Source: a virus | Lineage: Duplodnaviria; Caudoviricetes | Strand: one strand, 5' to 3' | IMG/VR virus record: IMGVR_UViG_3300031977_000095 | Coordinates: 1 to 26,085 of that record | DNA: 26,085 bases | In this document: positions 16,387-26,056 of the stretch, one piece after another | How positions within the stretch are numbered: the first letter of the stretch is position 1 | Layout of the letters: every line of letters starts with the position of its first letter | Notes under the pieces: model-generated | What the model saw: only the letters and a program-made list of their open reading frames with translations | Told to the model about the DNA's origin: nothing | Database searches by the model: none | Position numbers and translations under genes: made by a program

Positions 16387-19300
16387 TTATCTAGCCTTAG
16401 ATATATCTAAACTTCTTATATTAGGTGCAACAGACAATGCCCACGTAAGAACATTTATCTTTTTATCACCTTGATATATGAACAAGTCTTTATCTTCCGC
16501 AATACTGTTACCTGTTCCAAACTCTTCTTGATAGTACTGGTTAATGATTGCCTTATCACCTTTAGGAATTTTATCCCAATCAGCTATTTCAACTCTACTA
16601 AAAGGGTCTCCCCTTCTTGCTGCTTCTGATTTAAGTCTACCTTTGGCTACCTTCTTTGCACTTTCTCTGAGAGAAGTTGAGGTGCTTTTTAAAAACTTTA
16701 TCTGTTCTGCTTGAGACGCTCTACGATATTCGTTTGACTGCACTATCTTCGTAAGAACCTCATTCATATTTTGTGCGCCACCAGCCCTTGACAACTCTTG
16801 TCTTGTATAAAAATCTATTTTATCATCAGAATCTTTTGCGTACAAATCTGGGTAAACTAATCCAAGCCTAGACATCTCTCTCATCAATGGGCTTTTTTTA
16901 GTTACAGTAGCACCAAACAGTTGCTTTTCTATTGGGCTTACTGCAGTAAGTGGACCTGTCATAAAAGGACTTACAGCAGGTGTGTCATAGTCCATTGTCT
17001 TTAGACCTGTCCACGAAGCCAACGGTACATCAGGAAGATTTCTTGTTGTTGCTTTGTACAAGTAATCAAACCAGTTCTCTTCTCCTGTTCTTGTGGCTGG
17101 AACAAGTTTAGACTGAGGGTCAAACTGGCTATATAAATCTTTGGCTACGCCAGCAGGTATAGTGTGTCTGCCTAAGAATGTACCCAATGCTTCTGAGAAA
17201 TCATCAACTGCAAGATTAGATATATTACCATTAAACAAAGATTCTATGCCAGCAAGACCTAAACCTGTTCTAAAGGTAGAGCCAAGCGTAGCTTCTATCA
17301 CTGCTCTGCCGTAGTACTTACTTATACTAGGTGGTAGCGTTCCATTCTGTGTTCTATATATCATATCAGCAACTACCATAAATGGAGCAATAGGACCGTA
17401 TATAGCTTTACCATTAATGTATTTGTCACCATCTCTCTTTATCTCAAACCACTCAGCCTCTGGCCCTTGTTCAACTCGCCACATATATGCAGCAGTTAAA
17501 GCTGAAGTACCCGCTAATTGTTTTGGCAGACGTTCCATAAACTTTGTCTTGCTGCCAACGGTATCAAGTAAGCCAATAACAGGCATGTGTTCATACTGAA
17601 ACTTTAATTGGTTTGCCACAAATCTAGGAAATGGCATAAAGGCTGACACAATAAAAGGTGCTTTCTCTTGTGCTTTTACACCATACTTTGCAATGCCAGC
17701 AAATAGCCCACTCTCACCCCGGAAGTTAGATTGATAAGAAAATTCGTAAGCATCCTTGACTGCCTTCTCAAATACTTCTTGTGGTATCTGATTGAACTTT
17801 CCCTGTTCTATTATTTCATTTAGGTTTAAACCTTTGTCTTTTAAAGAACGAGAGATAGATGCAGCTAATACCCCTTGTTTAAACATATTATCTGACATAG
17901 TATTCAGTATGTTTACTTTTCTACCTACTTTAGCAAATGCAGATTCACCTTTGCGTGATTCAATATCTGCAGCTTGACGAAATAATCTCTCACCCTCTTC
18001 GGGAAATGACTCTTCAAAAAGATTTCTAACTACCTTACCTTCGTATGGATTAAACACATACTTAGCTACATCTCCTGTGCCACTAAAAATACCCTGAGAA
18101 CCACGAGCATACTTGCTGTACAAGTCTTCTAGTATTTGGGGATTAGTCTCCGCAGAACGCATTATGTTTTGTGCTTCTGCTCTACCATACTGCTGAGTAA
18201 GACTGTCTTCCACGCTAAGTTTTTTCTGTGCGTCTGACATGGTAGACCAAACGCCTTTGTGTATTACGTTGTCCATTGTACGTACTGTTGCATCAACAGC
18301 CATACGAAAGCCACCGCCTATGTTGTTACGCATAGTGGTGGCTGGCTGTGCAGTCATTAAACCAATGCCTAGTTTATCTAAGTCTCTGGCTTTATTTAAT
18401 ATATTCTGTGTGGCGGTAGCGTCTACACCTTTTTCAACAATATCTTTTGCATCTTTAGCTGTGTATGCTGTCATACCGGCCTGATGAAGTTCATCAATAT
18501 CTTTTAACAGTCTTTTTATTTGAGACTGTGTGTTTAGTTTCTTACCTGCATCAGATAACTCTGACACATACATAAGAGAAAATTGGTCTATTGTTATGTT
18601 ATGTTCTTTTAGTATATCATTTACAACTTTTACTTCATCTAGATTACCGTCTCTAATAAGGTTGAATATACCTGTGGTAATTCTATCACCTTCTTTTAGT
18701 TGTAACTTATCTGAAACACTTATAGCTGCGGCTGCAATATTATCAACAACCTCTGGACCTAATGCGGCAGTAAGACTATCACTCTTACTCAAACCCATCT
18801 TTAGTTTTCTACCCGCAGCAACATCGTCAGCGTCTAGTGCGTTAAGTACACCTTTTACTTTAGATACCTTGTCAGCACCTGCCTCTTTTAATACTGTCTT
18901 AGTTTTTTCTGCAGCTTTTTTTGCAATCTCAGCGGAAGCTAAGTCAGCTTTTGCACGTAACTCTGCTGCCGCATCCGCCTGTCTTTGACTAAGAGGTACA
19001 GCTTTACCCACATCTAGCTTACCTACTTTACCTATACCACCTAGTGCGCCCACACCGAAGTTAAGTAGACCACCGCCAGCAGCACTAGCGACACCTGTAG
19101 TCAAACTTCTGGCAAGAATAGACTCATCCTTCATGCCAGCTTCTACACGAGTAGCACCTTGTACTGCGCCTTGACCCAAGCCAATAGCCCCTTCTACAAC
19201 TGCGGCTTTACCTGCTTGTTTAATTGCGCCATTTAATACTTTGCGAATACCTAGCTTTGCTGCCTGTGTAGCGGCTACGGAAGCAGCCTTACCTGTTCCA

Positions 19301-19656
19301 CCTGAAATAAGACCCAAATACGTAGATGGCGCACGAGCAACTGCTTCTGCATAATCGCCTACCATGCGCCATGATACATCATCTACTTTATCGTAGGCAT
19401 CCATCAGCCTACCAAATCTTTGCTTACCTTCTAGGTTAGCACTTTGTGCGTACTCAAGGTCTCTTAATGCGGTAATCTCATTACTGTCTTGAAACCTCAT
19501 GTGTTCCATGAAGTTATCAAAGATTTGACCAGAAGACATAGGTTTATCGTAGCCACCCCGTTCCCGCAGAAAGGCAGCGGCATCTTCCAAAAACTCATCA
19601 TCATCCGTTAGAGTAGCTTTGTCTAACTCATCTATGTGATTGTATGACTTTAACAT
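16387..19656 (-). CDS. Large internal virion (ejection) protein
   Basis: 1089 aa, helical, with A/G-rich hydrophobic segments and FMPFPRF motif; position matches T7 gp16-like genes. Confidence 0.6.
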   Translation of the reverse strand: MLKSYNHIDELDKATLTDDDEFLEDAAAFLRERGGYDKPMSSGQIFDNFMEHMRFQDSNEITALRDLEYAQSANLEGKQRFGRLMDAYDKVDDVSWRMVGDYAEAVARAPSTYLGLISGGTGKAASVAATQAAKLGIRKVLNGAIKQAGKAAVVEGAIGLGQGAVQGATRVEAGMKDESILARSLTTGVASAAGGGLLNFGVGALGGIGKVGKLDVGKAVPLSQRQADAAAELRAKADLASAEIAKKAAEKTKTVLKEAGADKVSKVKGVLNALDADDVAAGRKLKMGLSKSDSLTAALGPEVVDNIAAAAISVSDKLQLKEGDRITTGIFNLIRDGNLDEVKVVNDILKEHNITIDQFSLMYVSELSDAGKKLNTQSQIKRLLKDIDELHQAGMTAYTAKDAKDIVEKGVDATATQNILNKARDLDKLGIGLMTAQPATTMRNNIGGGFRMAVDATVRTMDNVIHKGVWSTMSDAQKKLSVEDSLTQQYGRAEAQNIMRSAETNPQILEDLYSKYARGSQGIFSGTGDVAKYVFNPYEGKVVRNLFEESFPEEGERLFRQAADIESRKGESAFAKVGRKVNILNTMSDNMFKQGVLAASISRSLKDKGLNLNEIIEQGKFNQIPQEVFEKAVKDAYEFSYQSNFRGESGLFAGIAKYGVKAQEKAPFIVSAFMPFPRFVANQLKFQYEHMPVIGLLDTVGSKTKFMERLPKQLAGTSALTAAYMWRVEQGPEAEWFEIKRDGDKYINGKAIYGPIAPFMVVADMIYRTQNGTLPPSISKYYGRAVIEATLGSTFRTGLGLAGIESLFNGNISNLAVDDFSEALGTFLGRHTIPAGVAKDLYSQFDPQSKLVPATRTGEENWFDYLYKATTRNLPDVPLASWTGLKTMDYDTPAVSPFMTGPLTAVSPIEKQLFGATVTKKSPLMREMSRLGLVYPDLYAKDSDDKIDFYTRQELSRAGGAQNMNEVLTKIVQSNEYRRASQAEQIKFLKSTSTSLRESAKKVAKGRLKSEAARRGDPFSRVEIADWDKIPKGDKAIINQYYQEEFGTGNSIAEDKDLFIYQGDKKINVLTWALSVAPNIRSLDISKAR

Positions 19657-19670
19657 GCATAAAACCCAAT

Positions 19671-20831
19671 CTAAGATAGAGAGTTTATAATTTGCTGGAT
19701 AGCTTCTTCTGCATCTTGTTTGGCATTAGAAGAACCTTGCTCCATGTATCTTTTTTCTAGTTCTCTTTGTGCGCGATTTATAACAGCCTGTGCTTCTGAA
19801 CTGCCCAAGTCAAGTCCTTGAAGAGAGTTACTAATCCTAGACGGAAGTTCTGCCATAGATACACCAGAATAATCTAAATCTGCACCCCCAACTACACCGG
19901 GTTCTTTACTACCTGCTTTCTCTGATTGATATTGCTCAACCTGTCTCGCCACAAAATCTAGCGTAGCTATACGCGCATCTGCAGAAGACATAGGCGGCTG
20001 TTCTTCTGAACCTGCAACAAGACTATTGTAATGGCGAACGGACTCTAATTGTATTCTGTTGGCAGCTTGTTTGTCTGCTGCTGTTCCGCCTACAGTTCTT
20101 ACTGTGCCTGTACCCTTATCAAATACATCCTCGATACCAAGACCTAACAGTGCTTGGTCTCTAAACATTCTTTCTTCAGTAGACGTTAAATCGCCACCAG
20201 ATATATTTTTACGTGCTTGTGCTGCGGCTACAGGGTCAACCAAATTAATCCTACCTGTAACCATTGCATCCTCAATAGTTATATCGTCAGTAGCCAATGC
20301 ACGTAATGTATCTACATCATAACCAAAACCAGCAGCAATAGCATCAGCACGTTTCTGTGCTACCTTACCTAAATTCTGACCCAAGAAACCTGTTTTTTCT
20401 CCACCTAAATCTGCTATTGCATCTCCCATAGACATGCCTTTATTAACCTTACCCATAAATCCATCAAGAATTTGGTCGGTTGTTCTGCCAGTATCTTTGT
20501 AGTCTCCTGTCATAGACACAATTTCCGCAGGTTTAACTTTTATCTCACTTCTTTTTAAAGCGTCTATATGACCTAGAACAGCCTCTGTTTTATTTTCTCT
20601 TGCAATAACATCTATTTGGTCAGGAGTAAACCCTTCCTGAGTCAGTGTATTAAATTGGGTACGTAATGTTTTTCTCTTTGCTTTTCTTTCTTTGTATTTT
20701 TCAATACCAGTTTCAGTCCAAAATTTCATAGACTGTTCTGCAATTTTCTGTGCGTTCTCACGCTCTTCCTGCATGATTTCAGAAGCACGTTCAGCAGCAC
20801 CAGCTATAAATGAAGCATTTAAAAAACCCAT
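19671..20831 (-). CDS. Putative internal virion protein (386 aa)
   Basis: Helical, with an MGFLNASFIAGAA N-terminus followed by a charged coiled coil; located in the ejection-protein cluster. Confidence 0.5.
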   Translation of the reverse strand: MGFLNASFIAGAAERASEIMQEERENAQKIAEQSMKFWTETGIEKYKERKAKRKTLRTQFNTLTQEGFTPDQIDVIARENKTEAVLGHIDALKRSEIKVKPAEIVSMTGDYKDTGRTTDQILDGFMGKVNKGMSMGDAIADLGGEKTGFLGQNLGKVAQKRADAIAAGFGYDVDTLRALATDDITIEDAMVTGRINLVDPVAAAQARKNISGGDLTSTEERMFRDQALLGLGIEDVFDKGTGTVRTVGGTAADKQAANRIQLESVRHYNSLVAGSEEQPPMSSADARIATLDFVARQVEQYQSEKAGSKEPGVVGGADLDYSGVSMAELPSRISNSLQGLDLGSSEAQAVINRAQRELEKRYMEQGSSNAKQDAEEAIQQIINSLS

Positions 20832-20832
20832 C

Positions 20833-21339
20833 TTATGTTCTCCTTGCCATCAAGCCTGTAGGCTGCGGTTCTTCTACTACTTCTGCTTCTTGTACAGGTT
20901 CTTCCGTCATGCTTTCACCTTTAGACTTAGCAGCTTCCATCATAGCCAGTGCTATTTCAGAATCGTCTGGTGTTTCTCTGTCCGTTTCATCACCCATAAG
21001 TTTATAGCTTACCTCTGCTGCTTTAGCCATTTGTTCAATAGCTTCTGCAAGAACAGGAGACACAAGCATACCTACATCCACACTATGAATACCTTCCATT
21101 ACACCACCAAGCTGAATAGTATCAACTACGGTATCAATAGGCACACCCATTTCTAGCATATCCATAAGTCTACCAGCCATGCGGTCACTGGTAAGACGAG
21201 GCATATAATATTGTATAGCCTGTTCTACAGTAGAATACTGCGGTGGATTTTGCCAAGGTCTATCACCTAATGGAGCAGTCAAAGACTGACCCGGAATAGG
21301 TGCGTCCATAGCCATAGGTGCTTGTTGCCCGTTAAGCAT
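20833..21339 (-). CDS. Hypothetical structural-module protein (168 aa)
   Basis: DAPIPGQSLT...PWQNPPQY motif; tightly packed in the operon. Confidence 0.65.
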   Translation of the reverse strand: MLNGQQAPMAMDAPIPGQSLTAPLGDRPWQNPPQYSTVEQAIQYYMPRLTSDRMAGRLMDMLEMGVPIDTVVDTIQLGGVMEGIHSVDVGMLVSPVLAEAIEQMAKAAEVSYKLMGDETDRETPDDSEIALAMMEAAKSKGESMTEEPVQEAEVVEEPQPTGLMARRT

Positions 21340-21535
21340 TTGTCTTCCTTATATTAAGAATTAAATCCTCAATGAATGTATCATCTTTCTGTTTAACTTT
21401 TTCAGGTCTTTGCACAAGACTAATATCATTACTTTGTTTTTGCTGAGTGCTTGCTTTAGTTTTTTCGTACTCAGCTAAACGTCTTCTCATTCCATAGATA
21501 GCTTGTCTTGCACCCGTAGTAATAGTGTTAGACAT
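21332..21535 (-). CDS. Hypothetical protein (~67 aa)
   Basis: ATG at 21535 just after the upstream stop, with GGAG SD; overlaps the next gene's start. Confidence 0.55.
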   Translation of the reverse strand: MSNTITTGARQAIYGMRRRLAEYEKTKASTQQKQSNDISLVQRPEKVKQKDDTFIEDLILNIRKTNA

Positions 21536-21537
21536 TA

Positions 21538-23544
21538 TTAACTCCATATACTCTTAAACAAATCAACAGCAAATCCACCTAGTGCCTTACTAGAATCATT
21601 TTTATTTTGCATTTTTTGTATGTCCATACTAGAATCTGCAGATATCTTTGCTGCTGCTAACTGATTCATTCTATCCGCAGCATTGTCAGCAGATGTCCAT
21701 GCCCACTCCATTGTGTCAGCATAGTAGTTCCACAAGTTATTATATGCTGTCTTACTGATATCAAGTATGGCATTAGCATTAAGTTCGTTAGCACGATTGA
21801 CTGCAGCAGTATCAGCAGTAGCAATTTCTCTGCGCCACTGTGCATTACTTTGTGCAATTACCATTTGGTTCTGTGCATTAAACTGGTCACGTTGATTAAG
21901 CATCTCAGAATTAAAACGCTCTATAGTATTTACCTGACCTGCATTAAACTGAGCCTGTGAGTTTTGCTGTGCCGCATTGAACTGCGATGTCTGTTGCGAC
22001 AGGTTAGCAAAAAACTGGTCTACTTGATTTTGGCTTGTAGCATTAAACTGACGTGCTGCGTTTTCTGCAGCTTGGTCATTAAACATAGACTGCACACGTT
22101 GTTGTGTTTTAAATATTTCTGTCTGTTGCTGATTAGATAGATTAGCCATATCAACTTGCAAGAAAGACTGTGCATTTTGTACAGCAGCTTGTTGCCTGTT
22201 GTTCAGATTAGCTGTGTCTAATTGTGATAGTGCAGCAGCTTCTGCCATTGTCAGTGCCTGTGTATTAGACAGGTTCTGCAGGTTCATTGTATTAGCAGTA
22301 CGTGAGTTCTCAAGTGCAATCTGTTGTTCAGCAGTAAAGTTTTGATTAGCTACATCAGCTACACGAGCAGCGTTCTGCACCTTTGCTTGGAATGTCTGGT
22401 CAAACTCTTGACCTAAAAACTTAGCACGTTGTTCTGCTGCAAGCATAGCAGATTGTTGACGGTTTGACAAGTTCTGTTGTTCAAAACTAGCAATAACACT
22501 TGCATCTGCTTGTGCAATGGGCAGTGATGCTTCCATAGCTGCTTGCACAATAGCCTGACCAGCAAGAGATGAAGCACCTAAACCACGTGCAGCCATCTGT
22601 GCATTAGCAGTACGCATAGCACCAGCAGCCCATGCAGGTGGATTAGTACCACCAAACTGTGTCATCAGGTTTGCAAGCTGTCCTTGTACTAACGCTTGCT
22701 GTGATGGTTGAGCAGCAGCGGCAGCAGCCTGTGTCTGAGCAGTAGCCTGTGCAGCTTTAGTGGCATCTACTCCTGTACCACTGATTAGTTCACCTGCTTG
22801 AATCTGCCTCTGTTGAGGATTGTTCATCAGAATGGCATTGCCCTGTGCAGCCTGTAGATTGCCCACTGATGAGGCTGTTTGCTGTGCCGCAGTTACCTGT
22901 GCGCGAGGGTCTTGAGGATTAGCCTGTGCCGCTTGTGTGGCTTGCAAAGCACTGTTTACACCGCTTGCTGCTTGTACAGCTTGCATTGTGTTTGCTTGCG
23001 TTTGCTGTGTTGGTGTAGCCTGTGCTGTTTGTGCTAGTGCTGCATTTACTACAGGTTGTTGACCTGTTAATGCACCTGTACCTGCAGCAAGTTCCTGTGA
23101 AGGGTCTGTTGCTACACCCATAGCTATAGTCTCACCACCAACAGGAACACCCGGAGATGATATCATTTGCTGTGTGTATTGTGATACATCTTTAACTGGG
23201 GCAGCTTGAGTTTGTGTCGGTGCGGCAGCACCTTGAACTGGTGCAGGACCAGTTGCTTGCTGTACAGGGTTAGCCCCTGCTACATTAACAGTACCTGCAG
23301 TAAAAGGCGGGAAGCTAGACTGTGCAGGAGCAGAGGCAGGTGTAGGTGTACCACCCGGTGCAAACTTTTGCACAGAACCACCTTTAGCCATCATACGTGC
23401 AGCATTAGTGTATCTGTCCATCTGTGCCTTACGCTGTGGGTCACCCTCAACAAACTGCTGGAACTGAGACATATCACCCTGATACCCCATAGCCCCTGCA
23501 ATCTTATTAAGTGCCTGTGGTTTGAATGCCTTGAACTGCATCAT
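21538..23544 (-). CDS. Gln/Ala/Asn-rich internal virion protein (DNA pilot/ejection-like)
   Basis: Strong Q/A/N bias, P/A-rich linker, 11-residue QFNA repeats, C-terminal amphipathic GGFAVDLFKSIWS. Confidence 0.6.
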   Translation of the reverse strand: MMQFKAFKPQALNKIAGAMGYQGDMSQFQQFVEGDPQRKAQMDRYTNAARMMAKGGSVQKFAPGGTPTPASAPAQSSFPPFTAGTVNVAGANPVQQATGPAPVQGAAAPTQTQAAPVKDVSQYTQQMISSPGVPVGGETIAMGVATDPSQELAAGTGALTGQQPVVNAALAQTAQATPTQQTQANTMQAVQAASGVNSALQATQAAQANPQDPRAQVTAAQQTASSVGNLQAAQGNAILMNNPQQRQIQAGELISGTGVDATKAAQATAQTQAAAAAAQPSQQALVQGQLANLMTQFGGTNPPAWAAGAMRTANAQMAARGLGASSLAGQAIVQAAMEASLPIAQADASVIASFEQQNLSNRQQSAMLAAEQRAKFLGQEFDQTFQAKVQNAARVADVANQNFTAEQQIALENSRTANTMNLQNLSNTQALTMAEAAALSQLDTANLNNRQQAAVQNAQSFLQVDMANLSNQQQTEIFKTQQRVQSMFNDQAAENAARQFNATSQNQVDQFFANLSQQTSQFNAAQQNSQAQFNAGQVNTIERFNSEMLNQRDQFNAQNQMVIAQSNAQWRREIATADTAAVNRANELNANAILDISKTAYNNLWNYYADTMEWAWTSADNAADRMNQLAAAKISADSSMDIQKMQNKNDSSKALGGFAVDLFKSIWS

Positions 23545-23546
23545 GA

Positions 23547-23696
23547 TTATTTACCTTTGTACATATTCCAGAGTTTCCACGACACATATATAATAGACAG
23601 CACCCCAAACACGAGTGCTACCCACTGGTTAAGTGCTGGCAACCAAAGTGGCGCAGATACACCGCCTGTCGCTATGAGCAAATCATCTGGCTTCAT
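23547..23696 (-). CDS. Small membrane protein, holin-like (49 aa, MKPDDLLIATGGVSAPLWLPALNQWVALVFGVLSIIYVSWKLWNMYKGK)
   Basis: TAATG coupling to the upstream gene; one strong TM helix plus basic C-terminus. Absent from the ORF track. Confidence 0.55.
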   Translation of the reverse strand: MKPDDLLIATGGVSAPLWLPALNQWVALVFGVLSIIYVSWKLWNMYKGK

Positions 23697-23887
23697 TAGT
23701 CTGCATCCTGTATGGTATTACCTTCAGCTACCCACTCAAGGATGGCAGCATAGTGGCGGTTGGCTGGGTCTAGTGGAACGAACATCTCTGTACCGTCAAT
23801 GGTGGCTTTAATTTGGATGTTACTGTTAAGAACAGTCGTGCCATCAAAGTCATACTCGTTTACATATTGTGCGCTAGTAATGTTCAT
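23696..23887 (-). CDS. Small tail-fibre-associated protein (63 aa)
   Basis: FVPLDPANRHYAAILEWVAEGNTI motif, which I recall following tail-fibre genes in marine phages. Confidence 0.6.
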   Translation of the reverse strand: MNITSAQYVNEYDFDGTTVLNSNIQIKATIDGTEMFVPLDPANRHYAAILEWVAEGNTIQDAD

Positions 23888-24907
23888 TTATAACTCCGCA
23901 TCTGCTGTCCAAGAAAACGCAACTCTATTGTTATCAGCACCACCAAATGAGTGCGTAATACCATCAATATTCCCACCAACATTTCCAACAGTAGCACTGC
24001 CATCTGCATGGGTTGCAGTCTGCGTCAGTGTTGCAGAGGCTCTTTTCTGGACTTGGTAATAATTTGTCTGCCTTTGTACTTGTGCGCCAGAACTGCCATT
24101 CATAAAATACTGCGTATCTAAGTAAGACTTTTCGTAGTAACGCATACACCTACGCAACTCATCACCATAAGACCGATGCTCAAACGGTGTGGCCTGTTCG
24201 CCTACTTCAAGCTGGACGCCTGTAATTAGCCATTCGTTAGATGCGCTGTCTGCGAGATTAACAGTATTTGCAACTCTTTCTGTATTATTGGTTGTCCATG
24301 TACCGTTGTTAAATGTACCACTTGTAAAATCTGTGCCAGCCGCTAACCACCATAAAAGGGTCATGCCTTCTGTATTAGTGTTAGTAATACTATTAGAGGT
24401 ATTACCATCTATAGTTATTGTTTTATATTCCCATGTGTCAGCAGAATTTATAGTGTAAGTTTTACCATTTCTATAATAATTGCTTCCATCGTATATTTGC
24501 GCTTCAAAAGTGTAAGTTCCAGTTTTATTAGAGCGAACGTAAAATGAAATAGTTATTTTTTTAGCACTTGATGTTCCATAGTTTAGGTGTTGTAAATCCT
24601 GACCTTCAAAAGTATAAGAACTAAAAACATAATCACCTGATGCCAAAGAAGCATCTGCCACAGTACAATCATACTTTAGAGATTTGGTAAATCCTGATGG
24701 CGCAGTGCTAGATTGTGTAGCTGTCCAAGTTCCAGCGGTATTAACCTGAAGTTTGTTTCGGTCTACTGTATGGTATACTGCGGAAGTAATACCAGTGCTA
24801 CTCGTACCCCTCTGGGCAACCTGCATCGCACCATTGATGATAAGATTTCTGTTTGACAGGCTTGATTGCGAACCTATCAGTGCGGCTAGTTCTGCTGCTT
24901 TACTCAT
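23888..24907 (-). CDS. Tail fibre / receptor-binding protein with carbohydrate-binding-like domain
   Basis: NRNLIINGAMQVAQRG ... ITGVQLEVGEQATPFEHRSYGDELRRCMRYY motifs; S/T/N/G-rich beta sequence. Confidence 0.7.
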   Translation of the reverse strand: MSKAAELAALIGSQSSLSNRNLIINGAMQVAQRGTSSTGITSAVYHTVDRNKLQVNTAGTWTATQSSTAPSGFTKSLKYDCTVADASLASGDYVFSSYTFEGQDLQHLNYGTSSAKKITISFYVRSNKTGTYTFEAQIYDGSNYYRNGKTYTINSADTWEYKTITIDGNTSNSITNTNTEGMTLLWWLAAGTDFTSGTFNNGTWTTNNTERVANTVNLADSASNEWLITGVQLEVGEQATPFEHRSYGDELRRCMRYYEKSYLDTQYFMNGSSGAQVQRQTNYYQVQKRASATLTQTATHADGSATVGNVGGNIDGITHSFGGADNNRVAFSWTADAEL

Positions 24908-25305
24908 GCTAGGTCTCCGTGAATAGCGAGGTTTATATTACCTGTATCTACAAAAGCTGTTTCCGCAGTATTAACAAAAGCTGTGCGATAGCTTGAAGTG
25001 GCAATATTTCCTGTTACTGGTCTTAAAAGAAGGCTTGTGTCATCTACGCCATTGGTTGTACCATTTCCACCTATATATGGTGCTGAATAATTTGCATTAC
25101 TCATATTATTTGAAAATGAAAATTGAGATATTCCAGTAGCCGCATCTGTTACACTAGCAACATTAAAACTGTCTCTTAAAGCTATCGTGCCTGTACCATT
25201 TAAATTAGCCCACGCCTTCGCACTTCCCTCAGCAACATAAGCCATGCCAACAGAGTTGTTGCCACTGCTATCTTTCAGGGTGTCTACTCTTAGTTCGCTT
25301 GCCAT
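24904..25305 (-). CDS. Small tail-associated beta protein, paralog 3
   Basis: MASELRVD, AKAWANL, DSFNVASVTD..TG and C-terminal GDLA. Confidence 0.7.
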   Translation of the reverse strand: MASELRVDTLKDSSGNNSVGMAYVAEGSAKAWANLNGTGTIALRDSFNVASVTDAATGISQFSFSNNMSNANYSAPYIGGNGTTNGVDDTSLLLRPVTGNIATSSYRTAFVNTAETAFVDTGNINLAIHGDLA

Positions 25306-25702
25306 TATGCTAGGTCTCCTGAACTAGGGGTTCTAACTGCGCCATCAACATAAGCAGAACCAGTGTACAGTGCTGTGTTCCACCCTGTTGTAGCTAAATT
25401 CCAAGTCCACATCTGATTGTAATTAATATCAACGCTAAAGGTTGGGGCGTGGTTAGCATTATTAAACAAATTTGTTACGCTATGCCCTTGTCTGCCAGTA
25501 TCAATATCCGAAAGACTGCTGATATTAAAACTGTCATTTATTGTTGTTCCAGCAGAGTCTGTGTTATTCCAAGCCTTCACCAACCCCTGCTGTAACTGCA
25601 TAGTCGCAGAGCCACCCTCGCTGGTAATCGTAATGTCACCAGCCGATGTGTTACCTCTTAGGTCATCTACTTTAAGTATGCTTGCCATTATGCGAGGTCT
25701 CC
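24906..25702 (-). repeat. Three direct repeats at the gene junctions of the paralog array (GGAGACCT[A/C]GCAT[AATGGCAAGC])
   Basis: Copies at 25680-25702 and 25297-25319 match at 22/23 nt; a 13-nt copy lies at 24906-24918. Confidence 0.8.
25305..25688 (-). CDS. Small tail-associated beta protein, paralog 2
   Basis: MASILKVD, VKAWNN, DSFNISSLSD..TG and C-terminal GDLA. Start at 25688 from TAATG coupling. Confidence 0.7.
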   Translation of the reverse strand: MASILKVDDLRGNTSAGDITITSEGGSATMQLQQGLVKAWNNTDSAGTTINDSFNISSLSDIDTGRQGHSVTNLFNNANHAPTFSVDINYNQMWTWNLATTGWNTALYTGSAYVDGAVRTPSSGDLA

Positions 25703-26056
25703 ACAAAGTATGTAAGCAGAATTGTAATCTTGCTTGCTGTCTGAGGCTGTAAGCCCTGTTATCATTTGTACTGTTGTCGTTGTGACAGTATTAACAACAG
25801 CACCACGATTTGTTGAACCCCCACTTTTCATAGAGCAAGCAGTGGCATAGTCATTGTTTGCAAATGCTGAAGTAAATGTTCCAGTCCCGTCACCAGTTCC
25901 ATTGTCAGTTAAACTTGAAAATCCAAAACTGTCATTATAACTATCGTGACTAAAAATTAAATCACACCACGCCTTTGCCGCACTCTGCTTAGTTAACGCA
26001 ACAGGTGACGTACCATTCTTTGCCGCAATCTCATCTACATTAAGTACACTGGTCAT
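25688..26056 (-). CDS. Small tail-associated beta protein, paralog 1
   Basis: MTSVLNVD, AKAWC, DSFGFSSLTDNGTG and C-terminal GDLA. Start at 26056 from ATGA coupling. Confidence 0.7.
   Translation of the reverse strand: MTSVLNVDEIAAKNGTSPVALTKQSAAKAWCDLIFSHDSYNDSFGFSSLTDNGTGDGTGTFTSAFANNDYATACSMKSGGSTNRGAVVNTVTTTTVQMITGLTASDSKQDYNSAYILCGDLA

Noticed and set aside
21538-23544. Repetitive GCA/TGC-rich DNA as a possible CRISPR array or tandem repeat
   Set aside because: It is explained by Ala/Gln codon bias; there are no identical repeats with spacers.
14516-25752. Plus-strand ORFs in the right arm (e.g. 18530-18988, 20692-21156, 23206-23811)
   Set aside because: They are antisense to long coupled - strand genes, with composition typical of reverse-frame artefacts.
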